13,843 nucleotides of DNA from Promethearchaeota archaeon (GCA_019058015.1 JAHLWH010000210.1:1-13843), one strand, 5' to 3'. Shown: positions 6,153 to 13,843, counted from the first letter of the stretch. The notes: generated by a model from the letters alone, not told the origin. Numbers and translations are program-made.

Positions 6153-8315
6153 ATGAGGGATATAGAAATAAAAAAAAATTTATTAATCGTAATAGATATA
6201 ACCGAAAAAGAAAATGCCGTTCTTAATGATTTAGGAAATGTTAAGGAAATAAGTGGAAACGGCAAATTAATTATAAAAAATCCGTCTGATAAAAGTCGAT
6301 TGTGGAATATTACATGTGATCTAAAAGAAACGGTAAAAACTTCATTTTCTGCACGTGAAATAAAAATAGATACTCTAGACCCGTTAAAGGATTTTTCTTC
6401 CGATTATACAATTTCAAACATAAAAGAACCTCTTTTAACAATTGCTGAAAAATTCGATACTTTATCAGATTTTTCAGATCGTGAAAATAACACGTTTTTA
6501 TTTGCTCAAGACACTAAATGTCAGTTAAAAATCCATTTAACAAATCAAATAAGTGGAGATATTATCAATATTAAACTTATTAAAGAGATTCCTTCTATAC
6601 TTAAAGATATTGAACTCGTTCCACCTAATAATGGAACAGCTTCAATGAAAGAAGAAGAAGGTTCGAATAAAATATTTTGGGAATTAAACTCTTTAGGTGT
6701 TGGTCAATCGGCTGAATTAGTAGTAAATTGTATTGGATTAGCAAATTCCGTAGAAATGCAACCACTTGGAGAAATAAGAGCTACATATCTAGTAAACAAT
6801 AGAATATTAACAATGATTGATCCAGATATAGTTGCAATAACAGATTCGATGAGTGGAGTAACAAGGGATGAAGGTAGTAAACCAGGGGTATGGGATTGTA
6901 ATGTTGAATTTATTAATGAATCTGAATTTCAAATAAAGTTAAATGATGTAAGAGTAGAACATAATATTATTACAGGTAAAGAAATTGTAGTAGCCCAAGC
7001 ACCCGGAAAGATTTTAAACAGAGATCAAGCATGGGATTATGATTTCATTGTTGAATCTAAAGAAGTCCCTCAATTAGAACCAAGTTTCGAATTCACTACT
7101 TTATTTACAGCAATAAAAAGAGTTGAGGGAACTATATATAAAGAACCATTATATTATCCCGTTCTTCGGGCAGAAGTATCAAAAGAAATTAAACCAAATG
7201 AGGTAGGAGCTTATGCAAATACTGAAATGGAAATTGTTAACACTATTTTTAATAAAGGATCAGCTCAAATCGATAAATTACTGATTACAGATGAAATAAC
7301 CGAAGATTTTGAACCTCCAGACCTGAATTTAATTAAACTCTTTGCAAAAACTGGTGGAGAATTAAAAGAAATTTTCGGTAATGAATATGTTAAGGTATTT
7401 CAAATTACCCCGGATGATAAGGACTTAACAAAATCTCATAGAATAGAAATTGAACTATTTAATATGGCAAATGACTTATCATCAGATAGTACTTTAGAAA
7501 TATCATATCCAATAATTGCTAGAAATCCAAAACCTGATAAATCGTATCAAATTCCAATTACTGTTCAATTAAATACGAAAATTGAAGGAAAACCCTATAT
7601 TATTGCCCCAAGTGAAACACCGGAAATAAAAATTAAATATATTGCTAGAAAATTTAAGACTCTTAAAAGTATTAAGCCAGGTAGTGCAGCAGGGGAATTT
7701 ATTGTGAGTATTCAACTCCAAAATCAAGGAAATGTTGAATTGGAAAATATTCTAATTAAGGATAAAATTCCGGTAAATTTTGAATTGATAAGCTTTTCTC
7801 CAATGGAATTGAAATATGAGTTAAATAAGATTGAAAATGAATCTGAATTAGTTGTAAGAATTGTAGAGTTAAAAGCTGATACTGTATTGAAGATCGAATA
7901 TCAATGTTCTGGAATCGGTGAATACCCACGATATGAACCAGTAGTTATTGTTGAAGGAAGAAAAGACAATATTTCTAAGCCAGAAGAAAAGACTGAACCA
8001 ATAGTAAGTAGTACACCTGAATCATCAATAGGTTCATTTGCGGAAAGCTTATCATTCTCAATTAAATCACAAATTATTGATGAAATCATTAATCTTGAGA
8101 AAAAAATAACGCCTGGATTAAAATCAGTGGATGTTGCCAATATGATTGAAAAATTGAGAGACTTTATTGCTAATATTGCGAGAGTTGGCCCCTTTATTCA
8201 TGAAATTGGACAAATTGCAAGAGAGTTTAAAGATCTAGGAGAAAAAACCATTGTTGGTGAATCTCACGACAAAATTACCAAAAAAATCAAAGAATGGAAA
8301 GTGAAATTTTTTTAA
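6153..8315 (+). CDS. 720-aa cytoplasmic protein with multiple Ig-like beta-sandwich units, a mu-homology-domain-like N-terminus and a Vps28-CTD-like helical C-terminus
   Basis: Long ORF with no signal peptide or TM helix. A repeated motif N-x4-[IL]-x-[NK]-[IL]-x-[IL]-x-[DK]-x-I-[PT] occurs (HLTNQISGDIINIKLIKEIP, IFNKGSAQIDKLLITDEIT, LQNQGNVELENILIKDKIP). The ORF is solid; the domain names come from by-eye alignment. Confidence 0.7.
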   Translation: MRDIEIKKNLLIVIDITEKENAVLNDLGNVKEISGNGKLIIKNPSDKSRLWNITCDLKETVKTSFSAREIKIDTLDPLKDFSSDYTISNIKEPLLTIAEKFDTLSDFSDRENNTFLFAQDTKCQLKIHLTNQISGDIINIKLIKEIPSILKDIELVPPNNGTASMKEEEGSNKIFWELNSLGVGQSAELVVNCIGLANSVEMQPLGEIRATYLVNNRILTMIDPDIVAITDSMSGVTRDEGSKPGVWDCNVEFINESEFQIKLNDVRVEHNIITGKEIVVAQAPGKILNRDQAWDYDFIVESKEVPQLEPSFEFTTLFTAIKRVEGTIYKEPLYYPVLRAEVSKEIKPNEVGAYANTEMEIVNTIFNKGSAQIDKLLITDEITEDFEPPDLNLIKLFAKTGGELKEIFGNEYVKVFQITPDDKDLTKSHRIEIELFNMANDLSSDSTLEISYPIIARNPKPDKSYQIPITVQLNTKIEGKPYIIAPSETPEIKIKYIARKFKTLKSIKPGSAAGEFIVSIQLQNQGNVELENILIKDKIPVNFELISFSPMELKYELNKIENESELVVRIVELKADTVLKIEYQCSGIGEYPRYEPVVIVEGRKDNISKPEEKTEPIVSSTPESSIGSFAESLSFSIKSQIIDEIINLEKKITPGLKSVDVANMIEKLRDFIANIARVGPFIHEIGQIAREFKDLGEKTIVGESHDKITKKIKEWKVKFF

Positions 8316-8390
8316 AAATCTAATTCTTATATATCTATTTTTTTATTATTAATTGAAACGAAGTTATAGAAAGCACAGATTTATTGCTTT

Positions 8391-9527
8391 TTATTCATCA
8401 TCTGCTTTTGGAATTTTGGGAAGTGTCCTTCCAGAAACTTTAATTATTTTAGGTTTAGTTTGATTATCTTTAGTTGTTCCTAAAGTGTCTTTCTTTGCAC
8501 TCGATGTCTTTGGTGTAGCCTTTTTAGCTATTGTTTTAGTTGTGGGTTTTTTAGTTGGTGTTTTAGTGGTTGTTTTTTTAACTGATGTTTTAGTAGTTGT
8601 TTTTTTTACTGCTGTTCTGGTTGCTATCTTTTTAGCTCTTATTGGAGTCTTTTTATCTAAAGTTAGTATTTCAATCCCTTTTATTATTGCACGTTCCTCA
8701 TCAATATAAACCTTTATCTTATTGTTTTCTAGTTCAATTATTCCACTAGGAAATTTTTTAATTCTTTCCCACTCAGTATCCTCAACTTCTTTTCCAAGAA
8801 CTGAGGTTATCTTAGAGACCGCTCCATATAAATAATTTCCCATTATGATATTTTGCCGTTTATATCCAGCTGGAATATCATTTTTTAAAATTTCAATTAA
8901 AATTTTTTTAACTTGATCTTGAGAAAAAGACGATTTTTTAGTAGCGTATCTAGGACTTATACTTGACGGAGTTATCGGAATAGGTTTAGCTGTTACTTTT
9001 TTAGGTGCTCGAGGTATAATATCAAGAGAAACTAAAGTAGATTCCATTGCATTCCCATCAAAGCTACCTAAAGCCGGGGAATAATAATCTGTACTTTCTA
9101 TTTTTTTCGAAACTGGAGATGCATCCACGATTGTCCCCTGAATATTTCCATCTCTTTCTATATTTCTAATATATTTCATATCTGGTAATCTTTCAGTTAC
9201 TTCCATCGATTCTAGACCAAATACATTTAAAAACTCAACTAACTCATCCCCCTGATCAATAGATTTTATTATACATCTATGAAGTCCTGCTGACCTCATT
9301 AACTCGTTTTGCAGTCCTTGGGCAACTCGCGAAGAAATAAACCGCTTCCGAACTGGGGACTTAGAACCTTTCCAAATATAAATTCTCCTTATATCTTCCC
9401 TCACTATCACAAATACCCGGTTAGGATCTAAAATTGAGCCTAATTCTTCAGAAGATATATTCAGTTTATTTCTAGTTCCATCATCCAATAATTCAAAAGC
9501 CATAAATTCCTTGTATTCAATCATCAT
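8391..9527 (-). CDS. Gelsolin/villin-domain protein (Asgard actin-regulator type) with a second globular domain and a basic low-complexity tail
   Basis: LDPNRVFVIV...RIYIWKGSKSPVRKRFISSRVAQGL...IDQGDELVEFLNVFG is a typical gelsolin repeat (W-x-G and QG-x-E...F). Confidence 0.88.
   Translation of the reverse strand: MMIEYKEFMAFELLDDGTRNKLNISSEELGSILDPNRVFVIVREDIRRIYIWKGSKSPVRKRFISSRVAQGLQNELMRSAGLHRCIIKSIDQGDELVEFLNVFGLESMEVTERLPDMKYIRNIERDGNIQGTIVDASPVSKKIESTDYYSPALGSFDGNAMESTLVSLDIIPRAPKKVTAKPIPITPSSISPRYATKKSSFSQDQVKKILIEILKNDIPAGYKRQNIIMGNYLYGAVSKITSVLGKEVEDTEWERIKKFPSGIIELENNKIKVYIDEERAIIKGIEILTLDKKTPIRAKKIATRTAVKKTTTKTSVKKTTTKTPTKKPTTKTIAKKATPKTSSAKKDTLGTTKDNQTKPKIIKVSGRTLPKIPKADDE
8499..8633 (-). 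repeat. Five imperfect 27-bp (9-aa) tandem coding repeats, KKxxxKTxx
   Basis: KKIATRTAV / KKTTTKTSV / KKTTTKTPT / KKPTTKTIA / KKATPKTSS. Confidence 0.85.
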
Positions 9528-9883
9528 TCTTCTTTATACTTGTCTCAAATTAAAAATAACTTTCTTTATAACCTTATGATAAAATCTCTCTTATTTGAAT
9601 ATGTTTGTTTTTAATATTGCATAAATTTACAAAAACTAATATAATTATATAATATCTATATATATTTTTATCCCTCTTTATGTTTAGGATTAATGCAATG
9701 AGATAATAATGATCTATTCAAAAATAAATCAATAATAATAATTAAGCACTCGTCTAGCAAACAAAATGGGTTAATTTATTCAAAAGAATTAATACAAGTT
9801 TAACAATAATTATATAAATCTTTATTCTCATATTGTTATTAAATTAAATTAATTAATACAATTATTAAAAAGGTTTGAATAAA

Positions 9884-10567
9884 ATGGGAGCTAATTTTTG
9901 CCCAAGTTGTGGTGATCCTTTACAACCTGGTCAGAAGTTCTGTGAAAAATGTGGTGCTAAAACTGATGAGTCTGCACCAACACCTTCTCAAACTGAAAGT
10001 GTTACCAAACCCGCACCGAGTGGTGGTCTCTTCGACATTAACCGAAACTACTATGTCTTGAAAGAAAAATACTGGGATTGGGGATCTGGTGATATTCTTG
10101 ATGAAAAAGGGCAACCTATCGGAAGGATGCACCGTAAAATAATTTCACTTAGAAGAAAAGTTGAGCTTATGGAACTTGATGGAACTATCCAGGCAACAAT
10201 TCATGCTAAGATTGTTAGTGCAAGAGGAGCTCAAGATTTAAAAGATCCAGAGGGAAATATGATCGCCAGAATTAAAAAAGCATTTTTAAGTGTTTTTCGC
10301 CCTAAATTTTTCTTAGAATCTCCAGATGGAGAAAAATGGTATGAAGCCCAAGGAAAGTTTATGGGGTGGAGTTATAAAGTCAGAAATTTTAAAACTGGCG
10401 AGTTAGTTGCAGAAATCGAGAAAGCGGATAGGTGGAGGGACATTTTCTTAGGCGGTCTGTTCGATTTTAAAGATACATACGCCTTACGGATTCACGACAA
10501 TAAAACAGACAGGCGTATCTTGCTTGGATTCGTCTTAAGTATTGATAACGTTTTGCATGACAAATAA
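9884..10567 (+). CDS. Zinc-ribbon + LURP-one-related/Tubby C2/phospholipid-scramblase-fold protein (ATG 9884 preferred over TTG 9875)
   Basis: N-terminal FCPSCG...FCEKCG, then a Pro/Ser/Thr linker. Repeated D-x-x-G-x-x-[IV]-[AG]-x-[IM] beta-hairpins, G-x-F-x-x-W-x-Y, DTYAL and a terminal hydrophobic helix (RRILLGFVLSIDNVLH). Confidence 0.82.
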   Translation: MGANFCPSCGDPLQPGQKFCEKCGAKTDESAPTPSQTESVTKPAPSGGLFDINRNYYVLKEKYWDWGSGDILDEKGQPIGRMHRKIISLRRKVELMELDGTIQATIHAKIVSARGAQDLKDPEGNMIARIKKAFLSVFRPKFFLESPDGEKWYEAQGKFMGWSYKVRNFKTGELVAEIEKADRWRDIFLGGLFDFKDTYALRIHDNKTDRRILLGFVLSIDNVLHDK

Positions 10568-10580
10568 TCTTAAGAAATTC

Positions 10581-10602
10581 TTTTTTTTTTTAATTTTTTT
10601 TT
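10581..10602 (+). terminator. Oligo-T terminator after the LURP/scramblase-like gene
   Basis: T11-AA-T9 beginning 14 nt after the stop codon. Confidence 0.65.
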
Positions 10603-10704
10603 CTAAAACAGTGATAAAATTGGTCTCATTTTTGGGAATTCGATTTTACTAGAACTATTTATTCAAACCTAAAGTAATTATTGAAAGATATTTTATGTTA
10701 ATTA

Positions 10705-10720
10705 AAAAGATATTTATATG
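10705..10720 (+). promoter_or_regulatory. Putative BRE-TATA promoter for the pssA-like gene
   Basis: A purine run (AAAAGA) is followed by TTTATAT at 10713-10719, about 33 nt before the ATG at 10752. Confidence 0.45.
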
Positions 10721-10751
10721 AATAAGTAGAAATTATAATAGGTTTTTTACA

Positions 10752-11540
10752 ATGAGTATGATTCGTCTCTTAAAATTAAAGGATTACATCACTCTTTCAG
10801 GGACAATTTGTGGGATTTTTGCCTTAATGGTTGGAATTATAATTAACGATTTAGCAATGGGATTTTTTTTAATTATGATTTGTCAAGGGACAGATCTACT
10901 AGATGGTTATGTAGCTAGGAAACTGAAACAAAAAAATAAAATTGGAAAAGAGATAGATTCATTAAATGATTTATTTTGTTTTGGAGTTGTACCTGCAATG
11001 TTAATTTTTATTGGTTATTGTGATGATTTACCCTTTGAATTAATATTTTATATTCCAGCCGTTATTATTTTCATTTTGTGTGCCCTACTTAGATTAGCAA
11101 GATTTAATATTATGGATGCAAAGGGATATACAGGAATAGTATCTCCATTATCCTGTTTAATGGTGACCTTCTTTTTTTATATTGATTATTTTAGTATTCA
11201 AACTTTTGAAGAAAATAATTTTATTTCAATTTGGGTTCAATTACTATTTCCATTTTTATTAGGATTTTTGGGCTACTTAAATATTACAACTTTTATTATA
11301 TATGGTGAAGAGATAAAGAAAAAGTCTGGAAACTTAAAATATGTCTTTATTGTCGGAGGCATTCTCACAATCGTAATCGGTATAATTGGACTAACTTTTC
11401 CAAAACAGTTAGCGGCGTTACCGATCTTGTCTTTATTTATATTTGTCTTTGCTTTAGGATGGGGTTATATTTGTCTTGGATTTAAAAATTATCTAAATTC
11501 AAGAAAGAATATAAAAAAGGAACTTAATTCAACTAATTAA
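10752..11540 (+). CDS. pssA: CDP-alcohol phosphatidyltransferase, PssA-like (probable archaetidylserine/phosphatidylserine synthase)
   Basis: Family signature DLLDGYVARK...GKEIDSLND, followed by FGVVPA, LRLARFN and YTGI as in subclass II PssA. Multiple TM helices. Confidence 0.8.
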   Translation: MSMIRLLKLKDYITLSGTICGIFALMVGIIINDLAMGFFLIMICQGTDLLDGYVARKLKQKNKIGKEIDSLNDLFCFGVVPAMLIFIGYCDDLPFELIFYIPAVIIFILCALLRLARFNIMDAKGYTGIVSPLSCLMVTFFFYIDYFSIQTFEENNFISIWVQLLFPFLLGFLGYLNITTFIIYGEEIKKKSGNLKYVFIVGGILTIVIGIIGLTFPKQLAALPILSLFIFVFALGWGYICLGFKNYLNSRKNIKKELNSTN

Positions 11541-11555
11541 TATTTATGAAAAAAC

Positions 11556-13049
11556 TTAATTTTTTAATCTTTCAATCCAATTTTTGATTCGACTTTGCAG
11601 TAATTTTTGTAGATCCTCATCAAGCTTTCCTTTATTTTTGAGATCTGTTATCCAGCGTCGAATATCATTTAAAACAACAGAGAAGCCTTTATTTTCAAGA
11701 ATATAGTCATTTAATTCTTCTAAATGTTTTGCAATTTCACTTCCATTTTTCGTATCTAATTCTTCCAAAATTGCGATAAATCGAGAGCCAATCTCAGTAA
11801 TCTCTCCTTCTAGAATTCCACTTTTAAGAATTTCATCTTTAATAGATTTCAATGGTACTTTTTCTTCCTTTTTACCAGCATCTTTAATAAGTTTTTCCTT
11901 CTCTTCAATAAACGATGAAACTTTATCGATCTCTTCACCTACCGGTTCTTTTTTTTCATGAATTTCTTGGGTTGGAAGTGTAATCTCTATTTTTTCAATT
12001 TTTTCTACGATTTTAATTGGCATTTGTTTTGTTTTTTCAAGTAGAAATTGGAATGCTTGATTATTTTGGTGAAGTGGAGAAGACATAAAATTAAAGACGT
12101 TTGCTAATAATTCAAATATTTTTTGACTAAGAGATTCATCGAAAATGGCAAACTTTTCCTCTTCTTTTTCTAAGACCATTTTAAAAGTTTTCTCTTGATC
12201 ATTAACAGTTTGTTCATATTCGTAAATTAAATCAAATAAACTCATTCGAATCTCATTTTCAATTTTCTCAACTTGAGAGGATATTTCATTAATATTTTGC
12301 TGTAAGATCTCTGAATTTTTTGTAAAAATATCAGGTAATTTTTCATTGTAACTTTCTTTAATTTTATTAATTTTATTATCAATAATTTTATCTACTAATA
12401 ATTTTATATCGTTCTGCTTTTTTTTAAGATTAAATTCTTCGAGATTTTCCATAATTTCTTGCTTTATATTCTCGATTTGTTTTACAAAATTTTGAAAATG
12501 TAAATTGAAAACGTTCTCTACCATTTCATAAAATTTACCGGTATTGCTTAGTAATAGATTTAATTCAGGAATTAATGAAACTCCATCTTCATAATCCGCT
12601 TTTATTAAACTTAAATTTCCTATAATTGTGGTTTTTGCTTCTTGAAAATTCTTAATATAATTTTTTAAATTTAATAAAAATCCAGATTCTTCTTTAATCT
12701 CATTAAAAATTTTGGATATTTTATCAGGTAATTCATTTGCCATTTGATTTGATTTAGCATCAAATTTCTTATAATAAGTTATAAATGCACGATATGGGGG
12801 TATAGCATAATAATAGGGTGTAATTTCCTTGGAAGATTCTAAGTTAGAAATACACAACCCTTTAGTTAAAAGCTCTTCGATTAAATTTTTATTTAATTCT
12901 TCATTTGTAGTTTCTGTAATTGATGAGATTTCTTCCATTGTTAATGGGGATCTCCCAATAATTTTTAAATAAAGGTCAAGACTATCATGTGAGAGATCTA
13001 ATTCATTTAATAATTGAGTTAAAAAATCTTTATCATTATTATTTGCCAT
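11556..13049 (-). CDS. TrmB-like wHTH + long coiled-coil/helical region + Vps28-CTD-like C-terminal domain (ATG 13049; alternative TTG 13055)
   Basis: The N-terminus LDLS...LYLKII...LTMEEIS...LIEELLTKGL...YYYAIPP is TrmB-wHTH-like. About 250 aa of heptad-like E/K/L/I helix follows, then a charged linker and a terminal helical domain. Confidence 0.72.
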   Translation of the reverse strand: MANNNDKDFLTQLLNELDLSHDSLDLYLKIIGRSPLTMEEISSITETTNEELNKNLIEELLTKGLCISNLESSKEITPYYYAIPPYRAFITYYKKFDAKSNQMANELPDKISKIFNEIKEESGFLLNLKNYIKNFQEAKTTIIGNLSLIKADYEDGVSLIPELNLLLSNTGKFYEMVENVFNLHFQNFVKQIENIKQEIMENLEEFNLKKKQNDIKLLVDKIIDNKINKIKESYNEKLPDIFTKNSEILQQNINEISSQVEKIENEIRMSLFDLIYEYEQTVNDQEKTFKMVLEKEEEKFAIFDESLSQKIFELLANVFNFMSSPLHQNNQAFQFLLEKTKQMPIKIVEKIEKIEITLPTQEIHEKKEPVGEEIDKVSSFIEEKEKLIKDAGKKEEKVPLKSIKDEILKSGILEGEITEIGSRFIAILEELDTKNGSEIAKHLEELNDYILENKGFSVVLNDIRRWITDLKNKGKLDEDLQKLLQSRIKNWIERLKN

Positions 13050-13210
13050 AATCAAGCACTATTAGTGAGTAATGATTTTTATAATATTTGATTTGATTTT
13101 ATATATTTGTTTGTAGTGTTGATTAATAGTTCTAAAATTATATAAATTCTAAGATTCTTATAAAATAATATAAAAAAAGATATAAGTTAAAAATGTGAGT
13201 ATTGGTAATA

Positions 13211-13843
13211 ATGGATATTGATGAAATATCAATTGGAACTGAAGCAACTTTCCTTCCACCTTTTGAAAATGGCATTAAGACGGTAAAAAGACTTGAAGAA
13301 ACTGGGTATGCTTCTTTATGGTGGGCAGACCACTTGATGGGTTGGATACCCGAATCTATCTGGACTCCAGATATTATTAATGTAGCAGCTTATCAGAAAA
13401 CACCCCACTTCTTCTTTGAAGCTTATACTACGATTGCCGTTGCGGCTTGGAATACCGAAAGAGTAAAATTGGGCACATCTGTTACTGAAACTTTTAGGAG
13501 ACATCCTGCTGTACTTGCACAGTCCTTTTTAACTTTAGATCATCTCTCTAAAGGCAGAGTAATTCTTGGTATCGGAGCTGGTGAAGGTGAAAACGTTATT
13601 CCATATGGAATTGAATGGAATAAACCGGTGAGTAGATTGGAAGAAGCGATTACAATTATTAAGCTTCTTTGGAAAAATGATAAAAAAGTGGATTTCGATG
13701 GAAATTTCTGGAAACTAAAAGATGCAATTCTTGCAAGGGGTGCATATAAAGATTGGTAATATCATGAAAACTGGATTGGGGCACACAGCCCTAAAATGCT
13801 TGAATTAGAAGGAAAAATAAGAGATATCTACTTCCCTTCAAAA
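13211..13843 (+). CDS. Luciferase-like monooxygenase (LLM) class oxidoreductase, probably F420-dependent; in-frame TAA at 13757-13759 and 3'-truncated by the window (sequence error or pseudogene)
   Basis: GYASLWWADHL, TERVKLGTSVT, RHPAVLAQ..TLDHLSKGRVILGIGAGE are LLM motifs. Homology continues in frame after the stop (WIGAHSPKMLEL). Confidence 0.85.

Noticed and set aside
7901-8140. 79-aa minus-strand ORF
   Set aside because: Antisense to the 720-aa gene.
6153-8315. 720-aa protein as an S-layer or secreted DUF11 adhesin
   Set aside because: No signal peptide or TM anchor is visible and it ends in a soluble helical domain.
8485-8709. 74-aa very hydrophobic plus-strand ORF resembling a membrane peptide
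   Set aside because: It is the antisense reading of the Lys/Thr repeats (AAA/ACN become TTT/NGT), a common artefact.
9920-10132. 70-aa minus-strand ORF
   Set aside because: Antisense to the LURP-like gene.
9884-10567. Visibly higher G+C in the LURP-like gene as a sign of horizontal transfer
   Set aside because: Alba and the LLM gene look similarly richer, there are no mobility signatures, and I did not quantify it. Amino-acid composition or expression level could explain it.
13316-13504. 62-aa minus-strand ORF
   Set aside because: Antisense to the LLM gene.
13757-13759. Selenocysteine, pyrrolysine or alternative-code readthrough of the LLM stop
   Set aside because: The codon is TAA, not TGA or TAG. 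TAA terminates most genes in this window, and the position is not catalytic.

Overview
AT-rich archaeal chromosomal segment, most consistent with an Asgard archaeon (Lokiarchaeia/Promethearchaeota-like). The evidence is Alba, a Sec11-type signal peptidase, oligo-T terminators, frequent TTG starts and a gelsolin-domain protein. It holds 14 credible coding regions. Left part: a 5'-truncated CobO/BtuR adenosyltransferase, a membrane-anchored M28-fold enzyme with glutaminyl-cyclase-type motifs directly followed by signal peptidase I, Alba, a 4Fe-4S protein, a degenerate Mrr-like nuclease-fold gene with a partial tandem duplicate sharing its upstream region, and a YkgJ-type Cys-cluster protein. Right part (about 6.1-13.1 kb) is a cluster of eukaryote-like membrane and cytoskeleton genes: a 720-aa beta-sandwich protein with a mu-homology-like N-terminus, a gelsolin-domain protein with a Lys/Thr repeat tail, a zinc-ribbon LURP-one/scramblase-fold protein, a PssA-like phospholipid synthase and a 499-aa wHTH/coiled-coil protein. 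The 720-aa and 499-aa proteins end in what appears to be the same ~80-aa helical domain, which resembles the Vps28 (ESCRT-I) C-terminal bundle. The window ends in a luciferase-like (LLM) oxidoreductase interrupted by an in-frame TAA. I found no tRNA, rRNA, CRISPR array or mobile element. All family calls are by eye from motifs; no searches were run.
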